Shown here piece after piece: positions 51,095 through 64,000 of a stretch of 64,000 nt of DNA (its first letter is position 1; the number at the start of each line of letters is the position of its first letter). The notes under the pieces are model-generated. The model searched no databases. It saw only the letters and a list, made by a program, of their open reading frames with translations, and was not told the origin of the DNA. The translations under genes were made by a program, and so were the position numbers. Source of the DNA: Octopus vulgaris (taxonomy: Eukaryota); the NCBI GenBank assembly GCA_951406725.2, contig OX597814.1, forward strand, positions 44,144,001 through 44,208,000. Reading direction: 5' to 3'.

Positions 51095-52640
51095 CTCCTG
51101 ATGAAGGAGCTGGTTTCTAACAAAGATACAAAGCTCCATCTTTGGAATGCGTTTAGCGAAAACAATGTCACATTTTAAACCTGAGAAAAATTTTGCATAG
51201 TTTAAGTCTTCCGCTCAACGATTGTATTTTTAATATGCGAATAGGTCGATTTCATTTTCTGAAAATGCTAGCTTATCCAGACTGACAGTTTGGCATTTAT
51301 TTACAAAACTAAGTGATCCAATTATTGTTAGTATAAATGTACATTTGTTATCTGGATATAGGAGCTGCAAGTTACGAAGCAATTGTCCATAATTATCTGC
51401 TTTCTCTTTGATTTTCAAAGAGATATTCACATTAGCTGACCTCTATAACGGGGCGTACTTTTTCTTGTCTGTCCCAATGTTATCCGGCCTATTATACTTA
51501 CATTTGACAAATGTTTTGATGGGAATGTTCCAAAAGTATTTCTTACGTTGGTATACATGTATGTATTCAAGAACAGGGAGATTCTCTATATTTATTCCAG
51601 GACTGTCTTTTTTTTCCCGCATGGCATTTTATTTTGTTTTTGCAACAACGTCAGATCACATAGAGAGAGATAATACTTTGGTGATATTTTTGGGCAGCTG
51701 CTAATGACGTGTGCGATGTCTTCCACAGAAATATGATGTAATCTAGATATATGGTTGCATCTTGAAACTCCAAGGGCCTCACTATCTCTTTTGTAGATTA
51801 GGTATTTAGTAGCAATCTCGTGTTCTTGCATATCCTTCGAAGTATGATGCGATATGATGTAGCGGTCACAAGTTCAAGAGAGGCTTCGTTCAATTCAATG
51901 TTACTATCTTCTTCGAGTCTAAGAGAAACACACCTATGCATTGTCTTTTGGTATGCTGAACGTTTCACCTCCAGGCCTTCTATGAGGTATGCTAGTCCAG
52001 CTGATTTGGGGTTGTATGGGAGGCCAGTAGGACATTGTTTCCTTCGCTTTTCAGCACCAACTTAATGTTTTGGGTTTTTAACATATTTGTTTTGGGGATT
52101 TTTGTCTTTTCTTTTTGTTTCATTTTGCTGCTTTTGTTTAGCAAGTGCTGTCTGAGAGAGACTATGTGATATTCAAAGGATGTCTGTACTGATCTCAGGC
52201 CCCTACTTCCTTCATCTCATCTTAGGTAGAGCCTGTCGGTATCATTATTTTTGTGTTCATGTTAGAATCTGGTGGGTTTTAGTATCTATAGAGTGTATTT
52301 CTTCTACAGGCCAGTCAAGCATCCAAAACGTTGGAGTCAGCACTGGTACTGTAAATGTATTGTGGGATATTGTTTTGTTGCAAAAGTTTGGACTGCTATA
52401 TTTTTCTTAGTCTGGGTCACTCTATCTCTATTCACAGCACCTTATATGATATATTTTCATCAATACCAAGATACTTCTAGCATTCTTTGTGTGGGACAGG
52501 AGAGATAGTGAGACCACTGATGCAGAGGTTTTTGGGGGGTGGGGGACTGATTTTCCCCATTCAACAATTAAACAAGAACATTACCATTGGTCAAACTTTA
52601 TTCCTTTATCAGCTGAATGTGTTCTTATTAATTCCAGTTG
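51095..52640 (-). mobile_element. R4/Dong-clade non-LTR retrotransposon relic (RT C-end, CCHC knuckle, restriction-like endonuclease)
   Basis: KYLGIDENI, MQEHEIATKYL..VEDIAHVISSCPKI, NRPDNI, NYGQLLRNLQLLYPDNKCTFILTIIGSL. Confidence 0.87.
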
Positions 52641-55209
52641 TTTTTGTCATTAACATTTTCAGCATAAATTTTAATGTATGTATGTACGTGTGTATGTATG
52701 TAACCTTCGTGCAATGCCCATACTCGATAACGAGGGGGCAGCCATAATGCATGTATGTATGTATGTATGTATTGTGTATGTATGTATGTATGTATGTATG
52801 TATGTATGTATGTATGTGTGTGTGTATGTACGTATGTATGTATTTATGTATGTATGTGTGTATGTATGTATGCATGAGTACATTTATATATATATATGTA
52901 TGCCTGAGTGTGTGTGTGTATGAACGAGAATTACATAAGTCAAATAATTCAGAACAGCCAGTCGAACAAGGATAACTGATGACTATATATCGTATGAGAT
53001 ATAATATTCATACTTCATTCATTAAGATTATTTCTACTTACAGTGATGGATGACCGGTTGCTTGCACATGAAAAGAGATAATCTGAAGAATTAACAATTT
53101 TCCAGGATTGAAATCTTCATTGTAGAATAGAGAGTCTGATTGCTGACAAGAGGTAAATATTGAATATACCTGTTTCAACTACAATAGGCGGCATCAGCAA
53201 AGCAAATATCTTAACTTACATGTAGAAGACGAGGCACATATATACAGAAACAATGTTGAATCCATTCATGCCATACATAATTTGCCTAAATGAAATATAA
53301 ACGAAATGAAAGAGATATAGTTAAAACACTCCAGTGACTGATAAGCATTTATTAAATAATATACAAATAAAATCGGGATGCATTTAAATTATCTCTGCTT
53401 CCATAAAGCGTAGTACAATTGTTTTTGGCAGTGAGATTAAATCGAGAAAATGGTAAACAATCTCTAGAATTAGCATGTGATAAATTAACAGATAATCTGA
53501 TTGTTTTAAAGCAAGGGAATAACTATGGATACGCTCTTCTGCCTGAAATGACATCATCAGCACAGCATCCAACCTACCAGTATTTAGCAGAATCGGCAGA
53601 TAGAAACATGCTAAAGTTAAAAGTAGGACACAATTGTGACCTTGATAATTAACATAAATAAAGCGAAGATGAACGTAGAGAAATAAGAATGATCAATGTC
53701 GTGTATTTCAATAACAAAGACGAAAAAAATGTATGTAAACAGATAGGAAAAATTCGTGTTGGATTGAAATTATTTCCGTTTCCAGAAAGTGTACTTAAAT
53801 ACCTACACACACACACACTCACACAATTTCATACCTGCACATACATGCATAAAAACATGCATACAGCTGGAGAGTAAGAGAGAGAGAGAGAGAGAGATTG
53901 TAGGAGTGTCTAAACAATATCATCATTGTCGAGACTAATTTCAATCCTAAGCACTGGAAAAATAAATGCACGATACTATTTTTTTAATGGTAAATACTGT
54001 TTCTCATATTGTGCACGGATACTACTACTGCTTAGAGGTGGTCGGCTTGGTCTTAATGAAACCTAAATTAGCACGTGTGAAAGATAATTAATCTGATAAA
54101 GAAATTCCTTTCAATTTTTCTGTATGTTCTAGTTTTCTCAATTGGGAATTATGTACAGCATTCTTTCAACTTTGTTTTATGTTCACACTTTGCTGCCTTC
54201 TATATTGATTCTACAGTACCTAGAATAATTGAATCGTCACTAAAATAAAAAAAAAATCGGTAAGTCACGCTTTTACTCAAAGACCTATAAGTATAAGCTG
54301 GAATTTCTGATGCCATACTGTCGAATGTGTATGTATGTATTTGTGAGTGACTGTACGTATGTGTGTATGCTTGTGTGCCTATGCCTAAGAGTGTGCGTGT
54401 GTGTATCTTTGTGTGTTCGCCCCCGCTATTGTATGTAAGAATATATACATAGAAACGTATATGTTTGACTTCCAAGTTGCTTTACCTATGGAATTTTCCA
54501 ACGCGAAGATCCGTTTCTTTTGGCAAAAATCCACTCTCAAGTTTATCTGGATACGTATTAGATTCTACAACGGCCAGAACCACTTGATGCATGTATGTAC
54601 GAAATTATGCATTTATGCACGAAGTTATGCATGTATGTACGCATTTATGCGTGCATACAGGCATTACTTCATATCACAAGTAATTGTGAATTATGTAGAG
54701 TGTATATCTCCCCGGAAACTTACTTCCTTAAGGTTGTAGTCTGCAAGTGACAACCCCCATACGCAGAATGATGTAAAAATATGTTTGACTGTTAGGTATG
54801 TTCCTCCCTTTACTGAAATAAAAGAATAAGTGTACTGACTGTAAATAAGTCAATTCACGTTTCCAACAATTTTTCCCATATCATATGTATATATTACAAG
54901 ATTTCTTACAAATATAGTATATTATGATTGAAGCCTCAAATAAACTCGTTTTACAGATGTTAATAAATATGTTTTTAAGATCTTTGTCTTATCATTCTCC
55001 CTAAAATATTTCAAACTACGAATACCTTTAAACTTTATGGCATTTGGAATTTTGAGTTTTATGATATCAGGGTAATGATAAGCGGATATTTTGGTTATTC
55101 TGGTTTCCTTGTACTGCAGCCCATCTCTCTGCTAGCGCTTACATCTTTTCCGCTCTACGTATTGCGTTAAAGAAAGGGTGAAACCTCAGCAACACTTTGT
55201 GACTCTATA

Positions 55210-55700
55210 TCACCTAGGGCCACACAAAAATGCACATCTAAGTTCACTTACACCAGATACCATTATCATTACAAACATCACCGACCCACCAAACAACACC
55301 CAGGTGTCGAAACGATAATGATATCCGTGGGGCAGCTGATGATGGAGGGATGTTGGATTGTTGGTATGGCTGTGGAATAGTGTTATAACACATACTTTGA
55401 TATCACATGACTGACACCTTCCTATCTTATATATTGTTTCATCTGTAAACTTTGCAGCACATTTCTTCATGCAAAAGCAGGTCGTCACAAAGAATAATCG
55501 CTTCCGTGATCTCGTGTCGTAATTCACTTCAATGCAATGGGCCATTCCATTTCTCATTTCTCCGTGTCTGATACCTATGCATATTTATAGATCCGCACAG
55601 TCAGACAATGGGAGGAGAAGTGGTTCTCTTGAAGCTCGGAACTATCTCAACGACAGTTAAATGGACTTAGCCCTTTCAGTTCCGAAACCCCTCTTAACTC
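55210..55700 (+). mobile_element. Penelope-like (Neptune-type) GIY-YIG relic
   Basis: PSYLIYCFICKLCSTFLHAKAGR (SNLIYCI.C..C..YIGETGR-like) and VVIHFNAMGHSISHFSVS..LKLGT. Confidence 0.72.
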
Positions 55701-56009
55701 AGTAATTCTATTTTTACCCTTTAGCTCCACTCTCACCTTAATATATGCCTTCACTTTATCCTTTCCCACTTCCTTCTTGTTCATTTCTCTTTTCCTCCCC
55801 CTCTCTCAACTAGTGTCTCTCTCTAATATTGGAAATATTGGCTATGATTGATTGTTTAATCAGCACAATAATCTAACTATTGATTAGATATTTGGTTAGA
55901 CATTTAGCCAATTGATTATTAATAAAGAATTTACATTCAGCCAGTGCATGTATTAACATTACTGGCGTAATGACCTCCCCATACACACATTTTAATATTC
56001 TTCTATCGA

Positions 56010-56135
56010 AGGCGATGAGCTGGCAAAATCACTAGCACGCCGGGCGGAATGATTAGCGATATTTTATCCGTCTTCATGTTTTGAGTTCAAATTCCGCCGA
56101 GGTTGACTTTGCCTTTCATTTTCTTGGGGTCCATT
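56010..56135 (+). mobile_element. SINE-B, 5' part
   Basis: GGCGATGAGCTGGCAAAATC..GAGTTCAAATTCCGCCGAGGTTGACTTTGCCTTTCAT. Confidence 0.85.
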
Positions 56136-56940
56136 AAAAAAAAGACAGTTGGTAAAGAAAATTATTTCTGTCAAATAAAGGGTAAGAAATCAAACATCAA
56201 TTTTACAGATCTAACTACATAGTATTTATTAATTAGAAGCACAACTACTACATCATAACAATTTTATCTATATCCTATTAGGCAAAGATTCAAAGCATAT
56301 GTAGAGAGAATTAAAAGCAAAATTCAAAACAGTTTCTGAGAAATTACATACTACTGGTTCGAATATGAACAAAACTTATTGTAAGTGTAATTATAAAGAT
56401 AACAAATATACTACAGCATACTGGAGCGACGAATTAAAAAACAAAAATGAGATGAACTAAATCATTAAAGAAATTGAAATACCAGCCAGAAGATTCTAAT
56501 TCTGAAAATAAATAAATAAATAAATAAACAAGTAGATAAATATAACAGGTTAAAGATTTTTTTTCTGGTGTAGTAAAGTTAATCAGAAACCCATCAGTGA
56601 TATATGGTATATTTCTAATCCAATGATCACAACAAAACTTCTGAAAGCAAATCAATAACTATTAATGCATAATCACTATAATGAGGTTAAACTTAGACAA
56701 TTGTGAACACTCCTCGCTAAACGCAGAATCGTTTTCCAAGAATGTTTTTGTTTTTTGTTTAAAAAAACATATATTTAAAACAATGTGCTCCTATTCAACG
56801 AAATACAGGCATTCTTTCTGTTATTAAACAAGATTTACAATCTCCTGTGGTTGATATTTAAAATGTAACAGTTGTATGTCGAAATTAAATGCATAATTAA
56901 ATCATGAATTGAACATGGACTGTAATGCAGGAAACAATCT

Positions 56941-57726
56941 TTTCTACTCTAGGCACAAGGCCCGAAATTTGGGGAAGGGTGCCAATCGATTAGATCGACC
57001 CCAGTACGCAACTGGTACTTAATTTATCGACCCCGAAAGATAAGTCGACGTCGGCGGAATTTGAACTGTGAACGTAAAGACATACGAAATACCTATTTCT
57101 TTACTACCCACAAGGGGCTAAACACAGAGAGGACAAACAAGGGCAGACAGACGGATTAAGTCGATTATATCGACCCCAGTGTGTAACTGGTATTTATTTA
57201 ATCGATACCGAAAATATGAAAGGCAGAGTCGACCTCGGCGGAATTTGAACTCAGAACATAGCGGCAGACGAAATAACGCTAAGCATTTTTCCCGGCATGC
57301 TAACGTTTCTTATTTCTTTATTACCCACAGGGGGCTAAACATAGAGGGGACAAGCAAGGACAGATAAACGGATTAAGTCGATTACATCGACCTTAGTGCG
57401 TAAGTGGTACTTATTTAATCGACCCCGAAATGATGAAAGGCAAAGTCGACGTCGGCGGAATTTGAACTCAGATCGTAGCGGCACACGAAATAGCTATTTC
57501 TTTACTACCCACTAGGGGCTAAACACAGAGGGGACAAACAAGGACAGACAGACGGATTAAGTCGATCACATCGACACCAGTGCATAACTGGTACTTATTT
57601 AATCGACCCCGAAAGAATGAAAGGCAAAGTCGACCTCGGCGGAATTTGAAATTAAGAACGTAACGCCAGACAAAATACGGCTACGCATTTCGCCCGGCGT
57701 GCTAACGTTTCTGCCAGCTCGCCGCC
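56941..57726 (-). mobile_element. head-to-tail nest of four SINE-B units
   Basis: Units 57495-57726 (full head), 57311-57494, 57094-57310 (tail type 2) and 56941-57093 (tail type 1), joined with no spacer. Confidence 0.92.
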
Positions 57727-58309
57727 TAAATGCAGGAAATAATGTTGGATATATGGAAATTTTCTCATACTTTAGTAATAACAAAGTAGGGACAGCGAAC
57801 ACTCAACCAAATTATTCCCACCTATAAACTCCACTAAGATTCTGTCGAAAATATTTCAGAAAAGTTGGAGCTGTGCACTATCTAATTGAAAGAGAACAAA
57901 GTATATATTCCTGAAATAATGGATGCACTAAGGAATATGTATATAAAATAACCATATGCGTCAGACATTCAAAATTAATGAAAATACGGTCAGGCTGGTC
58001 TCAGATATAAAAAAAACGCTTACGATAGCTCAGGCATGACACTCTACTTAAAAAGAAATATAAGAATAAATAATGTTCAGCTGTCTATGTAATTGAGTTG
58101 CTAGTTTTCGCACGCATAACAATACAAAAGTGATAAGTAGTAAGTCAAATAATATACCTTCACTAGGCTCTTCCAGGCAGATCATCCAGTTCACCTATTC
58201 TCTTCTTTTACACAACAAACTTGTTTAATTCTTAAGATAGAATTATATCATCTTTTGCCAATGTTATCAACATGTGATGTCTGATAAAAAGAAAAAAAAA
58301 GTATTGGGC

Positions 58310-58520
58310 CTGGTGCTATAAAAAGAAAACTACAACACGTATCAATTCGGCATTTAAATTCTTTCGATTAGCCTCCCACCCACCTCTGAAGCCAGCATCA
58401 TTTCGAGCATCCAGCATCATTTCGAGTGATGAAAGCACTCCTAGCTGGCTCATTGCGTTTTCTTTGATTTCCTCGATGTCTTGAAATATTGTTTTTTTCA
58501 AGGATTTTATTTTCCCTTGG
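58310..58520 (-). mobile_element. mariner C-terminal fragment
   Basis: KKTIFQDIEEIKENAMSQL resembles the mariner KGxRFxxIEEIKEN motif. Confidence 0.55.
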
Positions 58521-61291
58521 TTTCTGGATAATAACCATAGACACGCGATTTGTATATTAAATTGTCAATATCATGAAAATTATTTAATGAAATGTATTAA
58601 GGTCCCAAAACAAATTTTTAAAAAACATATAAAGATTTGCGACTTTTGTTTACAAACGGCATCAAAACGCGAAATAGCTCAAGTTTTCCTTGAAAAATAT
58701 AGCTACTTACAAGCGTGGTATTAAAATTATTTCACTCTTATGACTAACGTCCAAACATTTAGAAGTGTATCATCACTCAACATGCTTACAGTAGACAGAG
58801 GATGATTAGATAGGAGTATTGTCTATCTTCAAACTATCCAAATATCGCGTACTCAGACTGACAAAACAATATTATGCAGCATTTGATCTAGCCCTTCACA
58901 TCACTATTCTTCACAAAACAGGGTTAATCCTAAATCCCATGCTAATGAAAGTATCTAGGAAGCATAACTAAACCAATAAGTAACACTATCTCCATGAATA
59001 TAATTATAATTCTTGAAAACAAGACAACAGCAAAGAGATGAAGCGAAAGAATACCATAACATCAAAAAATCAAAATATTTATTCAACTGAAACAGTTATG
59101 CAAATGGAAAGCAGTCAAACAATATATTAGCAAGTGGAACTGCTTGAAACTTTCAAAATGACAACAGAAATATGAGCATCTGCTGGTACCATCATTTTAC
59201 AATATTTGATGACGGTTTGTGAGAAATAACATGTTTGGATTCTGCTAAAAGGCACCAACGAAAAGAATATTTTCTACTTATTGACAATCTGTTGCATATA
59301 AAACCATTTCAATCAAGACAGATTAGAGAGTGAGATTATTACCCTCAAAATAGACAATTATTTTGCTGAAAATGCTAAACAAGTAATACCGTTTTGGATA
59401 TTTTCCCATACAGATATTGAAAGAAACATAAAATCACATTAATTAGCAGGAAAAAATATAGAGTACATTCCGAAACATTCGCAATTAAAATCATTTACCA
59501 AAAGAATCAATATTCAATAAAGGAAAGATTCTGAAAAAAATCAAGTGATAAATTATCGAATATTAATCTTTCATTATCTTAGTGAAATGTACCAGCGTAC
59601 AAAACATCAAATCACAGCTAACAAAAAAATATTTGCTTCAAGTAGATTGGATTCGTTTAAATTATATTCGATCACGTATGCGAACGGACTCCTCTTGTGG
59701 AGAGTGTTCAAGAAACGTATGGCATTATTTACTCCAATTCAAACATTACTGGTCTATTTTTAAAGTAATCTTTAAAAATAGTACCGAGATTGGAAGTGCA
59801 ATTTATTTTCGAGGATGCACCAACAATATAATAGACTTCCAATTCGTGGAAATTCAAATAAAAATTAACAAAAACATTATGCTGTTACTTATCCAATCTT
59901 CGTTTTCTATTTTTTAATTCTTTGCATTAATATTTTGACTTTGTTTCTTCCTTTACATTTGAGGTATCATATACTTTTCTGAGTGTCATGGATTATCAAA
60001 ATTACACGGACGGTTAAATATATTGCATAAATAGAATAAATATACAAATGTGCAATTGAAGCGAATCAGCCGTTCGTGTCATGGATGGTTCAAGCTTTTA
60101 AGTTTTGTATTATACTTTCGGCATGAGGTAAATAGTATATTGACACCACATGGTGAATAACAGATCAAGGTAGCGATTGTAGGAAGAAAAGAAAGGCTAA
60201 TTGGACGTAAGGGAGATCAAAAGACGGTAGAAAGAAATATTTATGTAAACTCTGAGAAAGCGAAGAAAGGTACCTGCAAAGCAATGTGTAAATATTGATA
60301 AGGCAATTTCATGAATATGAAAAGAAATGTTGATTGAGGTAATATAAATTCCATACCGAAGATTAGTTGTAACAAAGGAAAACAAAATGTTGAGAAATTT
60401 CTGTTTCTTACATAAACATCCGGTTCGTACGAACTGAAAAATAAATGCGAATCCCTGTGATATTATTGAGAACATACCAGAATAATAAAATATTAGCTCT
60501 CCTTGTGAAATTATTAAACATATTGTCTGAAAAAAAAATGAGTAGAATTACCGCTAATTTTTGGTTTAATATACAATCGCTATGATAATATACAATCCCA
60601 GTAAATCGAGTCATAGATATGGAGACTAACACAGACGTTGAGAAATAATCTATGTAGTCCACTCCTGTATGTCACCTTTCTTTCAAGTTATATTAAACCT
60701 ATGTGGTTATAACGCAACAAGTAAACTTTTCCATTGATGGCTGCGATATACCAAACGACGCATTTATAGCAAATTGAAGAAAACATATCAAAATAACATT
60801 TTGAAGCAAGCATATTTATATTTTTATATATCAAAATGTCAAAAGTTAATGCGGAAGCGCTGCAAGTTTCGTTTCACTCAACTCTCCATAGCCGTGTGTT
60901 TCAGTAATTATTTTAACATTTTGTGAAGAATTTTTTTCTTTTCCTTTTCATATAGCCAATTTAAGTTAATTTACTGTGTGTCTTCAAATATTAATTTCGG
61001 ATGAGTTCATAATTGGCTTTGTCGCCAGTGTGCTTTCTCTGTTCCTATCTACAATTTTCGAGTTGAACTGCTTTGCAACATATATATGTGTTTATATATG
61101 AGGAAATTAAAAAGAGCCTTGCGAATTCAACAATTTACCTGTTCACATATACATAAAGCTACGCATACGCACACTCACTCATATAAACATTTCAGTATTT
61201 ATATCATACATATTTGTCTATCCAGCTAAACTTACACACGTGTGCGCACTCAGATACATACATCCTCCAAAATACACACACACACACATAC

Positions 61292-61336
<45 letters not shown>

Positions 61337-61695
61337 AATATATGCGAATAAGCGCATCTGTCGGTGTGTGTAAGAGTAAAACACTTATATGAATAATCAT
61401 TCTAATATATATCATTTTCATTATAAATTTAAGAACGGGTTTCCTAGTTAGATTTAAATACCGTTCTAAAACTAATTCCTTGATGACCTCAGAGATTTAT
61501 GAGCACAAATTTCCTATCTTTAAACACACACTCACACATGTAAATATAAATTATTTATAAATTATATACATACATGTACCTTATATATATATATATATAT
61601 ACACACATACATACAAAGATACAGACATATATATATATATACATACATACATATATATATATATATGTATGTATATATATATATATGTATGTATG

Positions 61696-61731
<36 letters not shown>

Positions 61732-62835
61732 ATGTTAAACAACAAACATCTTTGAGAAATAATAAAATTACGTTTAGATAAGTAGGAAGATAAATCGATT
61801 AATCAATAGATAAAAATGATAGATTAATCAACAAAGATATCAGATTTTGCCTCTTAAATAAGCAATGAAAATCGTAGGTAGATATTTCGGAGCTCTCTTT
61901 TATTGGCAATAAATACTGAATTTTCTGCATTCTTGTCCACAATCTGAACTGATGTAGAGTAAATTGATTTGCTTTAATTATCAGAGAAAACGTTTTCCTA
62001 TGTGACGTGCGAGATCTATAAAGAGCTAAGGGTCTGAAAGAAACTTAAGATTACTGGAGCAGAGGTCAAGAGAATTTGTAAACTCTCAGAAATATTAAAT
62101 TCTTTCTGGGAACATAAAATCGGTTTAGTTGTCGACATTAAGATTAATGCTTCCGGATATAATATCCACTGTTAAATCTTCTACATAAGTTCAGATTCTT
62201 ATAAATATTATCTAACTAATTTATATCATACTACAATTTGCTAGGTATTTCTATTTGTTTTATACTATATCTTATTGTTTACAATCAGCAAATATCTCTA
62301 TTAATTGTACTGTATCATCTTTCTATGCATCATTTTTCATGTTTTCTGAGACATCGCTTTACAAAGTACATCACAGTGGCATAAATAACTGCAGAGATAT
62401 ATACAAAAATATTGAGAGATTAGCAACGTAGCAATGGACGGTGCACGATGTTCCTGAAAGAAATCAAATAGCTGACCCTACAGCGAGAATCAAATCCAGG
62501 GATCCATAATCCTCAGTGAGCTGTATACAGTCTTTTAAGCTTCCAGTTTGAGAATTATATTTTCAGTACTACTTTAGGCCACGATTACTTTAAATGATTA
62601 TTGACACTATTTTATAGAAATTCCGATATGCGTTACCAATACAGGTGCTGTCTGAAATTTTAAAACCAAATACTACACCACTGTCAACATGTAATTTAGC
62701 ATGCATTCACAGACACAGCGTAATATATACGCACATACATAAAACATAAGATTGCATGCACAAATATCGCAATACTTATGCATGAATATGTATGTGTGAG
62801 TGTGAGTGTGTGTGTAGTTAAATGCGTATATATTA

Positions 62836-63555
62836 TATCAGGTCACCCCATAAGTTCGGTCCGAATTTCGAATAACGAAAAGAAGTGATCAAATGTTATA
62901 TCTAATTGAAATTTAATCATCAATGTACTTTCCCTGATTATCTATGACTTCCTTCCATCTATTTACAAGCTTTTTAATCTCATCAATGAAAAAGTCTTTT
63001 GGTTTCAAAGCGAAGAACTCTAAAATGTCAGTTTCGACCTTCTCCTGGCTTGTGAAAGTTATATCCCCCAAATGATTCTGTAAACTACGAAACAAATGGT
63101 AGCCTGAAGGAGCCAGGTCGGAAGAATAAGGTAGATGAGGAATTTTTTTCTCGACCAAGCTCTTCGATCTTCTGTGACGTGATCTTTGCTGTGTGGGGTC
63201 GTGCATTGTCCTGCTGAAACATCACGCTTTTCGATTCACTAATGTGAGTCTTTTTTTCTTCAAAGCTTGGTTCAAACGCTCTAATTGCTGACAGTAAACT
63301 TGAGCATTGGTTTTTGCATTAGGTGGTAACAATTCAAAGTGAATTACTCTTTTGCAATCCCACCAGATAGAGAGGAGAACTTTTTCCCTATGAAGTTCTC
63401 TTCTCTGTTGTGGTTGAGCTTTTTCCCTTTTACCAAGCCACTGTTTACGGCGTTTAACATTTCGATAGAAGATACATTTTTCGTCACCAGTCACAAGTTT
63501 ATCCCAAAAAGGGTGAAATGAGTTCGCGAGAATGGAGAGAAGAGCAGATGTCAAC
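62836..63555 (-). mobile_element. mariner transposase pseudogene, DD34D domain and 3' TIR, 5'-truncated
   Basis: LVTGDEKCIFY, VLLSIWWD, QQDNARPH (frameshifted), HLPYSSDLAPSGYHLFRSLQN (third Asp changed to Gly), RWKEVIDNQGKYIDD*; TIR-like TATCAGGTCACCCATAAGTTC at ~62836. Confidence 0.93.
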
Positions 63556-64000
63556 TCGGGATTTGTGGTTGCTTTCGGATAATTAATGATGCCTATATTT
63601 ATTCGGTCCATCAACATAAGGTATGGATTTCTCAATTACTTTTTGCATTTGTTCACATGTGGTATTTCGTTATCTTTCAAATTCCATACGTAGCTAGCCA
63701 ACTTAGTACCTTTGCTTTTATCTTTTTTTCGAAGGAGGCTATGGGATTGGTATAATGGTTTTTAAATTCACCTTCACTTTATCCAATATTGATCTTTTTA
63801 TCTGTTGCATTATTTAGGGTTGCAGTAACTGCTGCGTCATATATGATAGATTTAATCATACATCTTTGGTGAAGTGAGCAGGATCCAGGGTTGCGATAGT
63901 TACAACTGGTACTGACCACATATAATGATATTCTTCATATTAGGGCATCAGATAAATGATAATTTCACAGAAGGCCTATTGAATATTTTCCTCTACATAT

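Noticed and set aside
51098-51140. CTGATGA followed by a GGAGCT/AGCTCC stem as a hammerhead
   Set aside because: The stem is not followed by GAAA; more likely the 3' UTR hairpin of the minus-strand R4/Dong element.
53419-53652. 77-aa non-repetitive ORF as a host exon (also 42620-42835)
   Set aside because: No recognisable domain, weak splice signals, and a length expected by chance.
55297-55345. CGAAAC and CTGATGA near each other inside the Penelope relic
   Set aside because: No supporting stems and no UH site in register.

Overview
AT-rich, microsatellite-dense eukaryotic DNA. The SINE families and repeat make-up look like an octopus (coleoid cephalopod) genome; this is an inference from recalled repeat sequences, not a database result. 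I recognise no intact host protein-coding gene, rRNA, true tRNA or CRISPR array, and most ORFs in the track are translations of (TA)n, (CA)n, (TACA)n or trinucleotide repeats. The window is an intronic or intergenic collection of degraded mobile elements: mariner and Tigger/pogo relics, a mariner MITE, CR1/L2-group, CRE and R4/Dong LINE relics, four Penelope-like (GIY-YIG) relics, and many copies of two tRNA-headed SINE families (called SINE-A and SINE-B here). The most interesting signals are: (1) a well-folding type I hammerhead ribozyme and several degenerate or tandem hammerhead-like motifs in Penelope terminal repeats; (2) a Penelope terminal repeat carrying a tRNA-like Pol III cassette just upstream of its hammerhead; (3) a four-unit SINE-B nest whose junction positions track the tail variant, suggesting self-targeted insertion; (4) a SINE/LINE pair with a shared 3' tail and covarying hairpin; (5) a ~310-bp-arm inverted repeat; (6) template-switch scars. 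All alignments, translations outside the ORF track and folds were done by eye, so boundaries are approximate.
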